Assembly: GCA_030264375.1 (NCBI GenBank)
Contig: JASCQW010000112.1
Location: 31,452,322 to 31,516,321 of the forward strand
Reading direction: 5' to 3'
DNA from: Carcharhinus longimanus
Taxonomy: Eukaryota
DNA length: 64,000 bases
This document shows, in pieces, positions 51,612 to 64,000 of this stretch. The notes beneath the pieces are model-generated. The model saw only the letters and a program-made list of their open reading frames with translations, ran no database searches and had not been told where the DNA came from. The translations under genes were made by a program, and so were the position numbers. Position 1 is the stretch's first letter. Each line of letters begins with the position of its first letter.

Positions 51612-51629
51612 GCAGGGTTTTTTGTGCAA

Positions 51630-52235
51630 GCAAAAATGTTTCAATCCTTTGGTGTATTGAAGTGTTAGAAGTCCATATAAATCACTGAAAGCTAACATGC
51701 AGGTGCAGCAAGCAATTATGAAGGCAAATGGTATGTTGGCCTTTAATGTACGAGGATTTGGGTGCAGGAACAGAGAACTTGTAATTATATAGAACCTTGG
51801 TGATCGCATCTGGAGTACTATATACAGTTTTGATTTGCTTACCTAAGGAAAAACATCCTTGCCATATAGAGGGAGTGCAATGAAGGTTCACCAGCTTGAC
51901 CATTGGGATAGCAGGAATGTCCTATTAGGAAAGATTGAGGAGACTGGATTTATATTCTCTAGGATTTAGAAGAGTGAATTGAAGCATATAAAATTTTTCC
52001 ATGGCTTTGTAAGATATATGTAGGAAAAATGTTATGGGGCAGGGAGTCTAAAACCAAGAGATTCTTAGAATAAAAAGTAGGCCATTTAGGACTGAGATGA
52101 GGAGGAATTTCTCCAGAGGTGGTGAAATTCTACCCATAGGTCTGTGAAGGCTAGGCATTGAATATGTTCAATACGGAGATTGCTAGATTTAAAGAAATTT
52201 GTAGTAGTGCAGGGATATAGTGCTGAGTGGAAGCC
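51630..52235 (+). mobile_element. CR1 3' fragment
   Basis: caggtgcagcaagcaattatgaaggcaaatggtatgttggcc...gagggagtgcaatgaaggttcacc is typical of the CR1 ORF2 C-terminus. Confidence 0.8.
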
Positions 52236-52779
52236 ATGATCTTTATCTCGTTGTTCTTTTCTCTTTCGGATGGCGGCTGGTCTGCCATTCACATCTCCAT
52301 CTATAATACACATCTTTTCGTTACTTCATTCGTCCCTTTACACTCCCTTTGATGTTGCATCATCAATCTTGTAATTTGATCTCTCCTGTCTTCCGCCCAG
52401 TCGCAAACCTTCCCCTTTGTTCTTTTCTCACCCTCCCCACCCTTGCTGAAGACCTGTGAAATATATAACTTTTCCAGGATTTGATGATAAATCATTAACA
52501 AAACAAACTCTTGTTCTCCCTCTCTGCACAGAACTGCCAAAAGTGCTGAGCATTTTGTTTTTTTTCTCTAATTTAGGGCATGGTTAAGATGTTTTGTTTC
52601 AAAGCTCCCCACCCTTTTTCGACTTGCGAAAACAAAATCGAGGGAGAATTCAGCTGATTTGACACCATCCCTAAATTGCATACCGAGGCAGACAGATCAA
52701 GCTGCGCCAAAAGGGCATTTGTATTATTTGTCAGAGTTCAGCCAACACAAAAGATGCTGACTCCAAAACATGCCTTGCC

Positions 52780-53720
52780 TGGTGAAACCAGCCGGGACGC
52801 ATTCCAGCCGGAATGTTCAGGGTGGGGGGCGGGCCCGACCAGCACGCGCCCTCAATCCGTGCCAGGCGGGCGTGTGCGTTGCGAGCGCGCGCAGTCATCC
52901 GCCAGGAATGGCGCGTGCGCTGCGAGTCCTGGAGACGGGGAGGGGCGCGCGCGCATTCAATCTCCCGGGGGAGCGGNNNNNNNNNNNNNNNNNNNNNNNN
53001 NNNNNNNNNNNNNNNNNNNNNNNNNNNNNNNNNNNNNNNNNNNNNNNNNNNNNNNNNNNNNNNNNNNNNNNNNNNNNNNNNNNNNNNNNNNNNNNNNNNN
53101 NNNNNNNNNNNNNNNNNNNNNNNNNNNNNNNNNNNNNNNNNNNNNNNNNNNNNNNNNNNNNAAAAAACGGGCTCGGCGTGAGGGGCCCGCTTGATGATAT
53201 TCTTTCACAGTATGCGGTGTAGTGTGTGGTTGTGATTTATATATATATATATTTAACCGGCGCGGGGCCCCGGCCCGGCCTGTCAGATAAGAGAATTGTG
53301 TTTAGGAGGGGGGAAAAAGACGTCGCTGTCGGTGGAAACGAAAGCTGCGCCGGCCTCTCACTTCCCCATCCCTAAACTGCTTCCCCTCTCCCCGGCCTGA
53401 CAGGAAAGGCTGCCGACTACACATCCTCTCACTGAGGTTGGACCGTCAGTTTGAAGCAAACGGTAAGCGGTTTCACAGGGCGTGGGGATGTTGACTTCTG
53501 TCAACGATGGTTTTTTGGCTGTCACCGAGACGCTGTCGATCGGCTTGGTATCTGAATTGTGGTGATAAATCCGCGATGGACAGTATCTCTGTGTAAAAGT
53601 GTACGCCCAGGACTCTCTTTTTTCAATTCCTGTGTACAATTCAATATTTCAATGAGTAACGTGGGCCGCTGTAGTTTTACTGGTGTTGATGTTCGCGTTT
53701 CTTTAACCGCGCCTGGGTGT
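52780..53720 (+). promoter_or_regulatory. CpG island, probably the promoter/first exon of the next gene (KLC1 by synteny)
   Basis: Dense CpG, GC box GGGGCGGG at about 52826, and GCGCGCGCA NRF1-like motifs at 52885-52955. A gap at 52977-53161 probably hides exon 1. The KLC1 identity rests only on the conserved BAG5-COA8-KLC1 order; no KLC1 coding exon was seen. Confidence 0.7.
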
Positions 53721-54644
53721 TTTGTTATTTGACACATCAGTGAACATGTATGTTGATGCTGTGATTTGTTTTCCCCTCCTATTTTAATTGATGTTGGTCG
53801 CTCTTTGAATTGTAATTTGTCGGGTAGACGAGCATTTCACTTAATATGTTGCGGCCTAGACAAGGTTTTGGTGGTGTGGTAATCATGACTCATTTCCTTG
53901 TAAAATGAGGACATTACATTGTTTTTTGCATCGACCAGTGAGATTGGTCTTTAGAGTTGCTGATTTTTACATTGTACACCGTGCTAAATAATTTCCTTGT
54001 AGGCCTCCTGGAAGCCACGGTTGAAATGACCATTTTGATCAGTTCTTCGCCGATCTGGTGATGTTATGGTGGGGCAGAATACACATTGGAAAACTTGACA
54101 AAGCTTGAAAATTGTCTGTGGGGCTAAAGAACGGTGAGGTTTTTATATGCCATGCAATATGTTGCCACTGTGCAGACCAGAAAGTTAGCTACAGGTGTTT
54201 GTAGGAAATAATTGAGATACATGAAAGAGCGCATTCTTTATTTTAAGTCTTTAATCTGAGTAATAACTCGAAATACTAATAGTAATTGGGCAAGGAAATA
54301 TTGGGTTATTAATGAAACCTGAAATATACTGCCTGCTTTGTATTGATGCAAAGTGGTTTCTTTAAATGTTAAAATATCAACAGCAACATTCAAAAAAAGT
54401 TGATAAATTGAACAAGTTTATTTACTAATGCTTGTATTGACAAAATTATATTTCTCACTGCCAAATAGTTTTCTGAATGAATCAGAAATTACTGCAAATT
54501 GAAACCATTGTTTGACAAGATGTATAAACCCCAATGTAACATAAAAGCTACAAGCAGTATGCCATTCGGCCCTTTGAGCCTGCTTCGTCATTCATTATGA
54601 TCATGGTTGATTATGCTGTTACAGTAGATTTTTGCAAATAAATA

Positions 54645-54860
54645 CTGCTGCCCCTCAGCACCAGGGACCCGGATTCAATTCCCAGCTAGGGTCACTGTTT
54701 GTGTGGAGTCTGCAAACTCTTCCCATGTCTGCGTGGGTTTTGTCTGGGTATTCCAATTTCCTCCCACATGCCTGAAAGACGTGCTAGTTAGGTGCATTGG
54801 GCATGCTAAATTCTCCCTCTGTGTACCTGAACAGCCTACTTGTGACAAATAATTTAAATT
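54645..54860 (+). mobile_element. HE1/V-SINE-like SINE, alternative-tail type (internally deleted)
   Basis: B box ggattcaattcc; ends gcctacttgtgacaaataa. Confidence 0.75.
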
Positions 54861-55379
54861 TATATTTAGGGTCTCTAAAATTTGCGAACTCTGAACACTG
54901 AGGCAGAATTAGTGTCAGTCTTTTGCTGTTTACTTGTATGCATAAGTGTTCCAAGTTGGTGTCATCACTCCCAAATTCACATTTGGAATTTTATGTGGAG
55001 GTAGTTGAAGAAGTGGCTCAATGATTTCTTTTGAATGAAGTGCACTATAATAGACTTGTAAGCTTCTTAAAGTTCCATAAAAAAGGGCGTAGCACATGAC
55101 TGAATAATTGCACTTGCAACTCAGCTCGATGCTGTTTTGAGCTCAAGTTGATAATCAGCTGTGTTTTTGGAACAAAAACATAAAATGCTAGAAAATCTCA
55201 GCAGGTATAACAATGGGTCATTCTGCCTCAACATTGGCTCTATTCTCTCTCCAGAGATGCTGTCAGACCTGCTGAGATTTTCCAGCATTTTCTGTTTTTG
55301 TTTCAGATGCCAGCATCCACAATATATTTTGTTATTTGGATCTGTCTTCCATCCCTGGATGGGGTGATCTGTTGAAAGT

Positions 55380-56150
55380 GAATAATGCACTGCATCTTCT
55401 AACAATGATTTGGTGAACTGATGCAATGACAATAATCACTCCCTCAATGTCAGTAAAACAAAGGAGATAGTTATCAACTTCAGGAAGTGTAATGGAAGAT
55501 GGGTCCCTATCTATATTAACAGGGATGAAGTAGAAATGGTCAAGAGCTTCAAGTTTCTAGGTGTTCAGATCACCAGTGGCCTGTCCTGGTCCCTTCACAC
55601 TGATGCTATAGTTAAAGCCCACTAACACCTCTACTTTTTCGGAAGGCTAAGGAAATTTGGTTGTCAGCTATGACTCTAGCCAATTTTTACAGGTGCACCA
55701 TAGAAAGCATCCTTTCTGGATGTATCACAGGTTGCTATGGTTCCTGCTCTGACCAGAACTTCAAGAAACTATATGGGTTGTGAACATAATCCAAGATCTC
55801 TCAAACCAGCCTTCCATTCATTGACTCTGCCTGCATGTCCCACTGCCTCAGAAAAACAGCCAGCATAATCAAGGACCCCATCCTGGACATACTTTCTTCC
55901 ATCAGGAAAAAGTTACAAAAGTCTAAGATCACATATCAACCGATTCAAGAACAACTTCTTCCTTCCTGCGATCAGACTTTTAAATGGTCCTACCATATAT
56001 TAAGCTGATCTTTCTCTACACCTTATCTATGACTACAACACTATTTTGCACCCCCTCCTTCTCCCCTGTGTACTCATGTTTTGTCTGTATAGCGTATAAG
56101 AAAGAAGATGCTTTTCACTATCCCAATACATGTGACAATAAATCAAATGA
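55380..56150 (+). mobile_element. Rex1/Babar LINE 3' fragment
   Basis: Translates to about N.SLNVSKTKEIVINFR...FKFLGVQIT..LSW...LYFFGRLRKFG...FYRCTIESILSGCIT. Tail is cttttcac...tgtgacaataaatcaaat. Confidence 0.85.
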
Positions 56151-56159
56151 TATATCTTG

Positions 56160-58766
56160 ACTTTTTCTTGAGCTCCCCAGCATCACAGATGCTAGTTTCA
56201 GCCAATTTGACTCACGTCACATGATATCAAAAAACAAAGAAAATAGAAGCAGAAGTAGGCCATTCGGCCCTTTTGAGCCTGCCACCCTTTGTTTTGATCA
56301 TGTCTGATCATAATCAATATCCTGGTCCCACCTCCACCAGCACCCCATCCCTTGATCCCCAAGAGCAATTTTTAAATTATTCTTGAAATCACACAATGAT
56401 TTGGCCTCAATTACTTCCTGCGGTAGCAAATTCTGCAGATTCAGCACTCTCTGGGTGAAGAAATTTTTTGTCGCCTCAGTCCTAAAAGGTTTATCCCAAG
56501 TGACCCTTCTGGATTCTCCCCACCATTGGGAGCATTTTTACTGAATCTGTCCTGTCTAATCCTGTTAGAATTTTATAAGTTTTTGAGATCCCCTCTCAAT
56601 CTTCTAAACTCCAATAACTGACTTAACCTCTCCTCATATGACAGACCTGCCATCAGCCTGGTAAACCTTTGCTGTACTCCTTCTATAGCAAGGAGATTCT
56701 CAGATAAGGACAACNNNNNNNNNNNNNNNNNNNNNNNNNNNNNNNNNNNNNNNNNNNNNNNNNNNNNNNNNNNNNNNNNNNNNNNNNNNNNNNNNNNNNN
56801 NNNNNNNNNNNNNNTAAACCTTTGCTGTACTCCTTCTATAGCAAGGAGATTCTCAGATAAGGACAACATCATTGCAGATAATACCCCAGGTATGTCACCA
56901 CAACACCTTGTACAACTGCAGTAAAACATCCCTACTTCTATACTGAAATTGTCTTGATATGAAAGCCAGCATACCATTTGCTGCCTTCTTGCAGTACATG
57001 CATGTTTACTTTGTGACTGATGCACAAGAACACCAGCAGCTGAAGGCAGTAGGTACTGCAAAGACTATGGGCACTGACAACATTCCAGCAGTAAAACTGA
57101 AAGTTTGTGTTGCAGAACCAGCCAACCCCATGAGCCAAATAGTTCTAGTACATATACAATACTAGCATCTTCCTGGCAATGTGAAAAATTGTTCAGATTT
57201 GTTCTGATCACACAAAGCAGGACAAAACTAACCTGGCTAATTACACTCCCATTAGTTAACTATCTGTCAACAAGGTGATAGAAGGCGTCATTGACTGCAA
57301 TCAAGCAACCATTAACAATAATTAGCTCACTGACACTCATTTTGGATTCTGCCAGGGCCTTTCATTCCTTGATCTTGTTACAGCCTTGATCCAGACATGA
57401 ACAAAAGAGCTGAATTCCAGAAGTGAAAGTAACTGCCCTTGACACCAAAGCAGCATTTGACTGAATATGGCATCAAGGAACCCAAACTGAGGGCAATGGG
57501 AATTTGCGGAAAAAAATCTCCACTGGTTAAGAATCATACCTAGCACAAAGGAAGATGGTTGTGGTTGCTGGAGGTCAATTATCTTATTCCCAGGACTTTG
57601 CTGCAGAAGTTCCACAGGGTAATATCCTAGGCCCCACCATCTTCATCTGCTTCATCAATGACCTTCCCTTTTTCACAGTAACTTCATTGCAATGTTAATG
57701 TAAAGCTTACTTGTGACAGTAATAAATTTTAAAACTAAAATTTTAAAGTCAGAAGTGGGAGTAATAGCTGATGTAGCATTTGTGATTCCTCATTCTGAAA
57801 TGGTGCATATCCAAATGCAGCAAGAATTGGTCAACATGAATCTAGCCTTGGGCTGATAAGCAGCAAGTAACGTTTGTGGCACAGATGTGCCAAGCAGTGA
57901 CCATATCCAGCAATGATGTGGAGATGCCAGCATTGGACTGGGGTGGCACAGTATGAAGTCTCTCAACATCAGGTTTAAGTTCAACCGGTTTATTTGGAAT
58001 CTTTTGGAGCGCTGCTCCTTCCTTAGGTGAGTGGAGAATTGGCGTCACAAACATGGNNNNNNNNNNGGCATATTAAGACAGAGATGCAATTGCAAGTTAA
58101 TGGTTGGGACATCTCTCCATGACATTTAATGGCATTGCCACTGCTGAATCTGCCACAATATCTTGGGGTTAGTACTGTGACCAGACACTGAACTTGACCA
58201 GCCATATTAATATTGTGGCTACAAGAGCAGATTAGAGGCTGGAAATTCTGTGGTGAGTAACTCATCTCCTTACTACTCAGTCTGTCAGCCATCTACAAGC
58301 TACAAGTTAGGAGTGTGATGGAATACTCTTCGTTTGCCTGGATGAGCACAGCTCCAACAATATTCTAGAAGCTTGATAGCATCCAGGACAAAACACCTGT
58401 GTAATTGGCACAGTGCCAGTAAGAAGCACTGCAGCAACTCACCAAAACTCTTTTGACTGCACCTTCCAAACCTGTGACCTCTAGCATTTAGAAGGACAAG
58501 GGCAGCAGATCAATGGGAGTATCACTTGCGACGGTTCCTTCAAGCCATACGCCATCCTGACTCGGAACTAAATCTCTGTTTTTTCACTGTCACTGGGTCA
58601 AAATCCTAGAACTACCTCCTGTAACAGCATTGTGGGTGTACCTACACCACAGAGACGGCAAAGGTTCAAGAAGATGGCTCATCGCCACTTTGAGGGGAAA
58701 TTATGGTTGAGCAATTGATGCTGGCCTAGTCAGTGTTGCTCTCATCCTGTGAACAAATAAAAAGAA
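56160..58766 (+). mobile_element. LINE RT/3' end with a nested minus-strand CR1 (~56225-57020), SINE tail (57669-57747) and PLE terminus (57915-58035)
   Basis: Host peptide AKTMGTDNIPAVKLKVC continues from 56160-56230 across the CR1. The CR1 peptide is LAIEGVQQRFTRL..GLSYEERL. Confidence 0.75.
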
Positions 58767-60486
58767 AACCATGCTCAACTGCAAACTGACTGTAAATTGC
58801 ATGGAGTAGATTAGCAGGTCTTTACTGAATAATGGATTTTTGCAGTCAGTTTTACCACATCACTTAATATAGTACTGTCCTGGTCAAGAAATTTACATAT
58901 GCAGATAACCTTGTGATAGCCTTCCAAGTGTGAACTCTTGTCCCAGTAGAACCTGTGCTTGCAGAAAACTTGACAAAGCTTGCAAACTATTATAAACTGA
59001 TGGCTTCCTCTGAATGTGGAAAACATTTGTCTGTGCATTTTCATTTGAGCAACTGGCATCCAAAGAACTGCCTAAATGTATTTGTGACATGGAGTTCAAA
59101 CACAAGGGGGTCCCAAATTATTTGAGTGGCTCTGCATTGCAACGGAATTAATGGCTGGGAGCAGCTTAGTCCATAAATTAATTGGGGCTGTTTGGAGGGT
59201 AGATGCTCATACACCTTTTGTAGACAGCCATTTTACTTAAGCTGGTGTGACATTGCACACCAGCATACAAATAGAGTTGAGATGCAATAAACTCGGGGTT
59301 GGAAATTAGAAATGGTTTGTCATTTTAGTGACCTGCTGTATTTTTGACTTTAAAAATGACACTATTTCTTACTTTTTCCCTTGAGTGTATTGCTGTATCC
59401 ATCAGTCTTGCAACTTTTCATTTTAATGTCCAGTTAAGCTTTTGTATTTCCCACAGTATTAAAATGGCCCAAATAAAAGTCATGAATCACATCTGATGCA
59501 ACTATGATGTGCTATTCTCCTGCATCCTTTTCAACTTCTCCAACCTTTTACAGAATTGATCACACCATCTTTCTCCAATGCCTTTTCTCCAGCTCAGTGA
59601 AATTGTCCTCATTTTGTTCAAATATCCTCCTTCTAATCCTAATCACAACATAATTTCCTGCACCATTATCATTGGATTCCTAGATCATGATACCTAATCT
59701 CTCTCTCCCAACTCTTTTGATTTTCATCGCATCCTTTGTTAGACTGCTGCAATCTTAAATGCACTGCAGTTTAAACTAGTTTTGTATTTGGAATTTTAAA
59801 GCCACTATCAGTGTCTCTGCCTACGTTCTGTCCATTTACTACCATAGTTGTTGTTTCAGTTTGAATCAGACCATTTTGACCTCAGGCTAAGCTTATAAAA
59901 CGCATTCTCTCCCGTGTCTGTTTTGTATCTTGTTATTTTTCCTTTTGGAGAATAGTGACGAAGTATTAGCAGGATTAACAACTTGATAACTAATTTGTTA
60001 AACTGCATCGTGAATGCATCCTCTGTGGCCGTTTCGTCTTGGAATGGGATTTGAACGCAGATATTTTTGTTCAGATATGGGGATCTACTGATTTAAGCCC
60101 CAGGATCGACAGATTCTCTTCAATAAAAAGGCTGTTCTAACACGCCCAAGATTACCTACATCTGTCCATGCATTTTCACGTCTAGTCGTGATTTTTCCAA
60201 ATATCCTACTGGTGGTGGTTGTAAACTTTGACTCATCCAGAATGCAAGGCTCTCCACCACATTCCAAATTCAAATCTAAAATGACCCTCTTTGGAATTCA
60301 TCAATGGACACTTCCCTCTGTCCAGCCATAATCTTACCCAATGCAGTAACTTCTGTCCCTCCCACAACTCCAAACTTTCCATTGCTATGAATTTGGCTGT
60401 TGTGTATTTTCATTCCCCTTACCTAACCTTTGCATCTATTGCTTTTGGCTGCTTGGACCCCATGCTCTGGAATTTCCTTCCTGTAT

Positions 60487-60736
60487 GTTAGGTTGAGGGA
60501 GCTGGGACTCTTTTCCCTGGAGAGGCGTAGGTTGAGAGGCGACCTGATAGAAGTTTACAAAATNNNNNNNNNNNNNNNNNNNNNNNNNNNNNNNNNNNNN
60601 NNNNNNNNNNNNNNNNNNNNNNNNNNNNNNNNNNNNNNNNNNNNNNNNNNNNNNNNNNNNNNNTGGTAGGTGTTGACGTGATCGGCGCAACTCGTGGGCC
60701 GAAGGGCCTGTTTGTGCTGTAGTGTTCTATGTTCTA
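60487..60736 (+). mobile_element. Young CR1 3' end
   Basis: RLRELGLFSLERRRLRGDLIEVYK; CpG-rich; ends gggccgaagggcctgtttgtgctgtagtgttctatgttcta. Confidence 0.85.
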
Positions 60737-61626
60737 TCCCTCCATTTCCTTCTCTTTTTAAGACTGTTCCTAACACTCTCACTCTCTTCTGCTTTATGTT
60801 TAGTAATCTTTCTTTGGCTCAGTGTCCATTTTGATTACATCTCTTCAAAATTTTGATCTGATTTAAAAGTGCCATATATGCCACTATTGTAAGGACAAAA
60901 GAAAAGTAAAATATTTGCATTTTTTGATGTGATGTGCAGCTGTTGGGATATGGAAAGGCTAACATGACAATAATACTAAATATTGAATTAATACTGGATA
61001 CTATCAAGGAACAAACTGACTAAGGGATCTTCAGTGAGTGTTTATTGTAGAAATTTAGGACATGATCAAATGAATGTTGAGTGTGAGTTATAATGCCATT
61101 TTAGTTTTCTGTGGTATAATATTTTGTACAGATATTCAGAAAAGGCATATTGCAGGTTTGATCTCTCTCATTATGCAGTTAACTATTGTACAATTAAGCT
61201 TTATTCTCTGGTTAGTGAGGGTTGAAAAATCAGTTTTGGTTCCTCCTTGCTATTTGCATTCTGGAGCCTTGATCAAATGATGTAGCAGCTGGTTGAAAAC
61301 ACTTATTAGATGTGATAGCTCACACTGTTAAATAGTTCAAGGGCACTATTTAATGTTATGGATGAAGTATGGGCTGTTTGCACAAATACTAGAATATTGC
61401 TGTGGCTGCCCATTAAAGTATATCAGCATTTCCTTCAGGCCAGGGAAACCTGAAGTAAAATGTAACGGGGTGAGCAAAGAAAAGCCATGATTTCTGACAA
61501 ATCCCATGCCAAATGTTTAAACTTGATTCAATTTTATATTGATCTCTCAACCTAGAAGTTTAACTTACGTTCAGCTTTCGGATGGAATTTTTTAATGGAA
61601 AAACATGAGTTTCTAAATGTAATTTT

Positions 61627-61930
61627 GGTGGCACAGTTGTTAGCATTGATGTTTCACAGCACCAGAGACTCGGGTTCAATTCTAGCCTTGGGTAACTGTG
61701 TGTTTGTGTGGAGTTTGCACATTCTGTCTGTGTCTGCGTGGGTTTCTTCTGGTCGCTCCTGCTTCCTGTTGCGCTCCAAAGATGTGTGTGTTTGATTGAT
61801 TGGCCATGCTAAATTGCCTCTTAGTGTCAGGGTACTAGCAGGGTAAATACATGGCGTTACAGGGATAGGGCCTGGGTGGAATTGTTGGTGCTGATTGGCC
61901 GCCTCCTGCACTTCAGGAATTCTATGATTT
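61627..61930 (+). mobile_element. HE1/V-SINE-like SINE
   Basis: Same structure as 45201-45515. Confidence 0.8.
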
Positions 61931-62279
61931 TAATTTTGAGATTACTTACCATTAGGCATAACATTGACTGCTGTTCCTACAAAATGATAGTGACTGCACT
62001 TCAGAAATAATTCCATGACTGAATGCTTTGTGACATACTGAAGTGTTAAAAATGTGACATGTAAATATTGCCCAAGTTCATTTTTACTTGGTTTGTAGTT
62101 TTACCTAAATACTGTTTTGGAGATGTCTTGCACACATAATAATGCAGATAAAAATCACAAGTCCAAATTACTTCAGAAAATTGGCTATTAATTGTAAAGT
62201 GTTGTCTTCATTCAAAAATGGCTTGGAATGTTATTGCACACTCAAATATGAGTGTGAATTCAATGTCCTACCGTACTAT

Positions 62280-63880
62280 AGGAACATAGGACATATGAGA
62301 AGGCAGAAGCCACTCAGCCCTTTGAATCTGCTTTGCCATTCAGTATAATCATGGCTGATCTGATTATAGTCTACACTGGCACTCTTCTATAACCCTTGCC
62401 ATGATTGACAATCAAAAACCTGCCTAACTTTGCCTTGAATAAATTGATATACCCAGCCTCCACTGCTTTCTGGGGATGAGAATTCCATGTAGTTGACCCT
62501 TTTGAGAGAAAAATATTCTCATCTGTCTTAAAGGTAGACTTCCTGTTCTTAAACTGTGCCTCCTGGTTCTAGTCTCTCCAGTTAGTGCTCCAAGTATCAA
62601 CTCTATCAAATCCCTCAGAATTGTGTATTTTTCAATAAGGTATGCTCTCATTCTTCTAAACTCCAATGATTATAGGACAAACATATTCAACCTTTCTTAA
62701 GGTATGCCCCTCATTCTAGGAAGGTGTTAAGTTAACCTTCTCTGAACTGCTTATAACACAGTTAAATCTTCTTTCAAATAAGGAGACCAAAGCTGTACAC
62801 AGCTTCCAGATGAACCCATTTGCTTTACTAATGTTCATTAGGGATGGAAATCTGTCATACCTGATCTGGAATACATGTGACTCCAGATCCATGGCAATGT
62901 GGCTGACTCGTAAATGGCCACTCAGTTGCATCAAACTGCAACCAAGTCAATGAAAAGGAATGAAACCAAACAGACCACCGGATATCAACCTGGGCACTGG
63001 AAACAACAATGGCAAACCCTACCCTTTTGATCTTACACAGTCTTCTGTGCTAACATCTGGAGGCTTGTGTCAAAATTGGGAGAACTGTCTTGCAGGTTAG
63101 TCAAGCAACAGCCTGACATAGTCATATTCATGGAATCATACCTTACAGATAATGTCCCAGACTTCACCGTTTCTGGGTATGTCCTATTCCACCAGCAGGG
63201 CAGATCCGACAGAAACGTGGCACAATGGTATACAGTTGGGAGCATGTTGCCCTGGGTATTCTGATATTGACTCTGAATCCCATGAAGTCTCATGGCTTCA
63301 ATTCAACATGGACATGGAAACCTGCTGATTACCATGCACTGCCCCAGATGAATAACAGATGAATCATTACTTCATATTGAACACCACTTTGGAAGACCAT
63401 TTCCAAAAAGAGAGAATGTAACCATTGTCCCTTGATATTCAATGGCATTACCATTGCTGAATCTCCACTAGCAACATCCTAGAGGGCTTATCATTAACCA
63501 GAATTTAAACTGGACCAGCAAAGGTGCAGCCTATGCTCTGGGGTGGGGTGGGAGGGTGGAATTTCCATGCCCTTCACCAAAAGTGGCATGGTTGCACCAC
63601 CACAGATTGAACAGGCCAAGTCCTAAAAGATATAGTTGCTAGATTAGGTAATGTGGCAGATTGTAAGGGAACCGGCAAGAGAGAAAAATGTGACCTCATC
63701 CTTACCGACCTGCCTGCAAAAGATCCAACTGCCCTTAACAGTATCAGTGGAAGTGAACGCTACACAATCCTTGTGAAGACAAAGTCCAGTCTTCACGTTG
63801 AGGAAACCCTCCATTGTATTGTATGATACTACCACTGTGCTAAATGGGATAGACTGCAAACAAATTTAGCAACTCCAAGA
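62280..63880. mobile_element. CR1 3' fragment (-, 62280-62810) followed by a LINE 5'/endonuclease region (+, 62810-63880)
   Basis: GETRTRRHSL peptide on the minus strand. NIWRLVSKLGELSCRLVKQQPDIVIFMESYL...GYVLFHQQGR is an APE endonuclease N-terminus on the plus strand. Confidence 0.75.
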
Positions 63881-64000
63881 TCGGACAGGGAGTTCTAGGA
63901 TTTTGTCCCAGTGACAGTGAAGGAATGATGATTTTGTTTTCAAATTGAGATGGTGAGTGGCTTGAAAGAGAATTTCCAGGTGGTAGTGTCCCTGGTGGTA

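Noticed and set aside
50746-51809. Long poly-Gly/poly-Pro ORFs; G-run and C-run flanking a gap
   Set aside because: The ORFs consist of Ns (50875-51555) and homopolymer. The 54-nt C-run at a contig edge may be a sequencing artefact.
56662-56867. Direct repeat on both sides of a 100-N gap (similarly at 25062-25190)
   Set aside because: Exact duplication flanking a gap is typical of unmerged contig overlap, not biology.
53720-64000. KLC1 coding exons
   Set aside because: No kinesin light chain peptide was found. The region looks like a repeat-rich first intron.

Overview
Vertebrate nuclear DNA, almost certainly from a shark or other elasmobranch. This is inferred from HE1/V-SINE-like and DeuSINE-like SINEs plus abundant CR1 and Penelope fragments. 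The draft assembly has many N gaps. The window holds the conserved BAG5(-)/COA8(APOPT1)(+) head-to-head pair: BAG5 has a single coding exon at 12136-13482, and COA8 has five coding exons between 31200 and 46642 (209 aa, all GT-AG, phases consistent). A CpG island at about 52.8-53.7 kb is probably the KLC1 promoter, inferred from synteny only. The most unusual items are: (1) an intact, intronless, CpG-rich RPS26 retrocopy in the BAG5 intron, on BAG5's strand, with a candidate splice acceptor upstream and its own AATAAA, which could be a retrogene expressed from the BAG5 promoter; (2) a 5'-truncated, A-tailed 28S rRNA retrocopy in COA8 intron 2 with a degraded TSD and an L1-like cleavage site; (3) two locally templated insertions, a ~390 bp inverted copy that interrupts a LINE and a ~250 bp direct copy between inverted Penelope termini; (4) minimal hammerhead-ribozyme motifs in Penelope termini. 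Repeat boundaries were read by eye and are approximate. No database searches were run.
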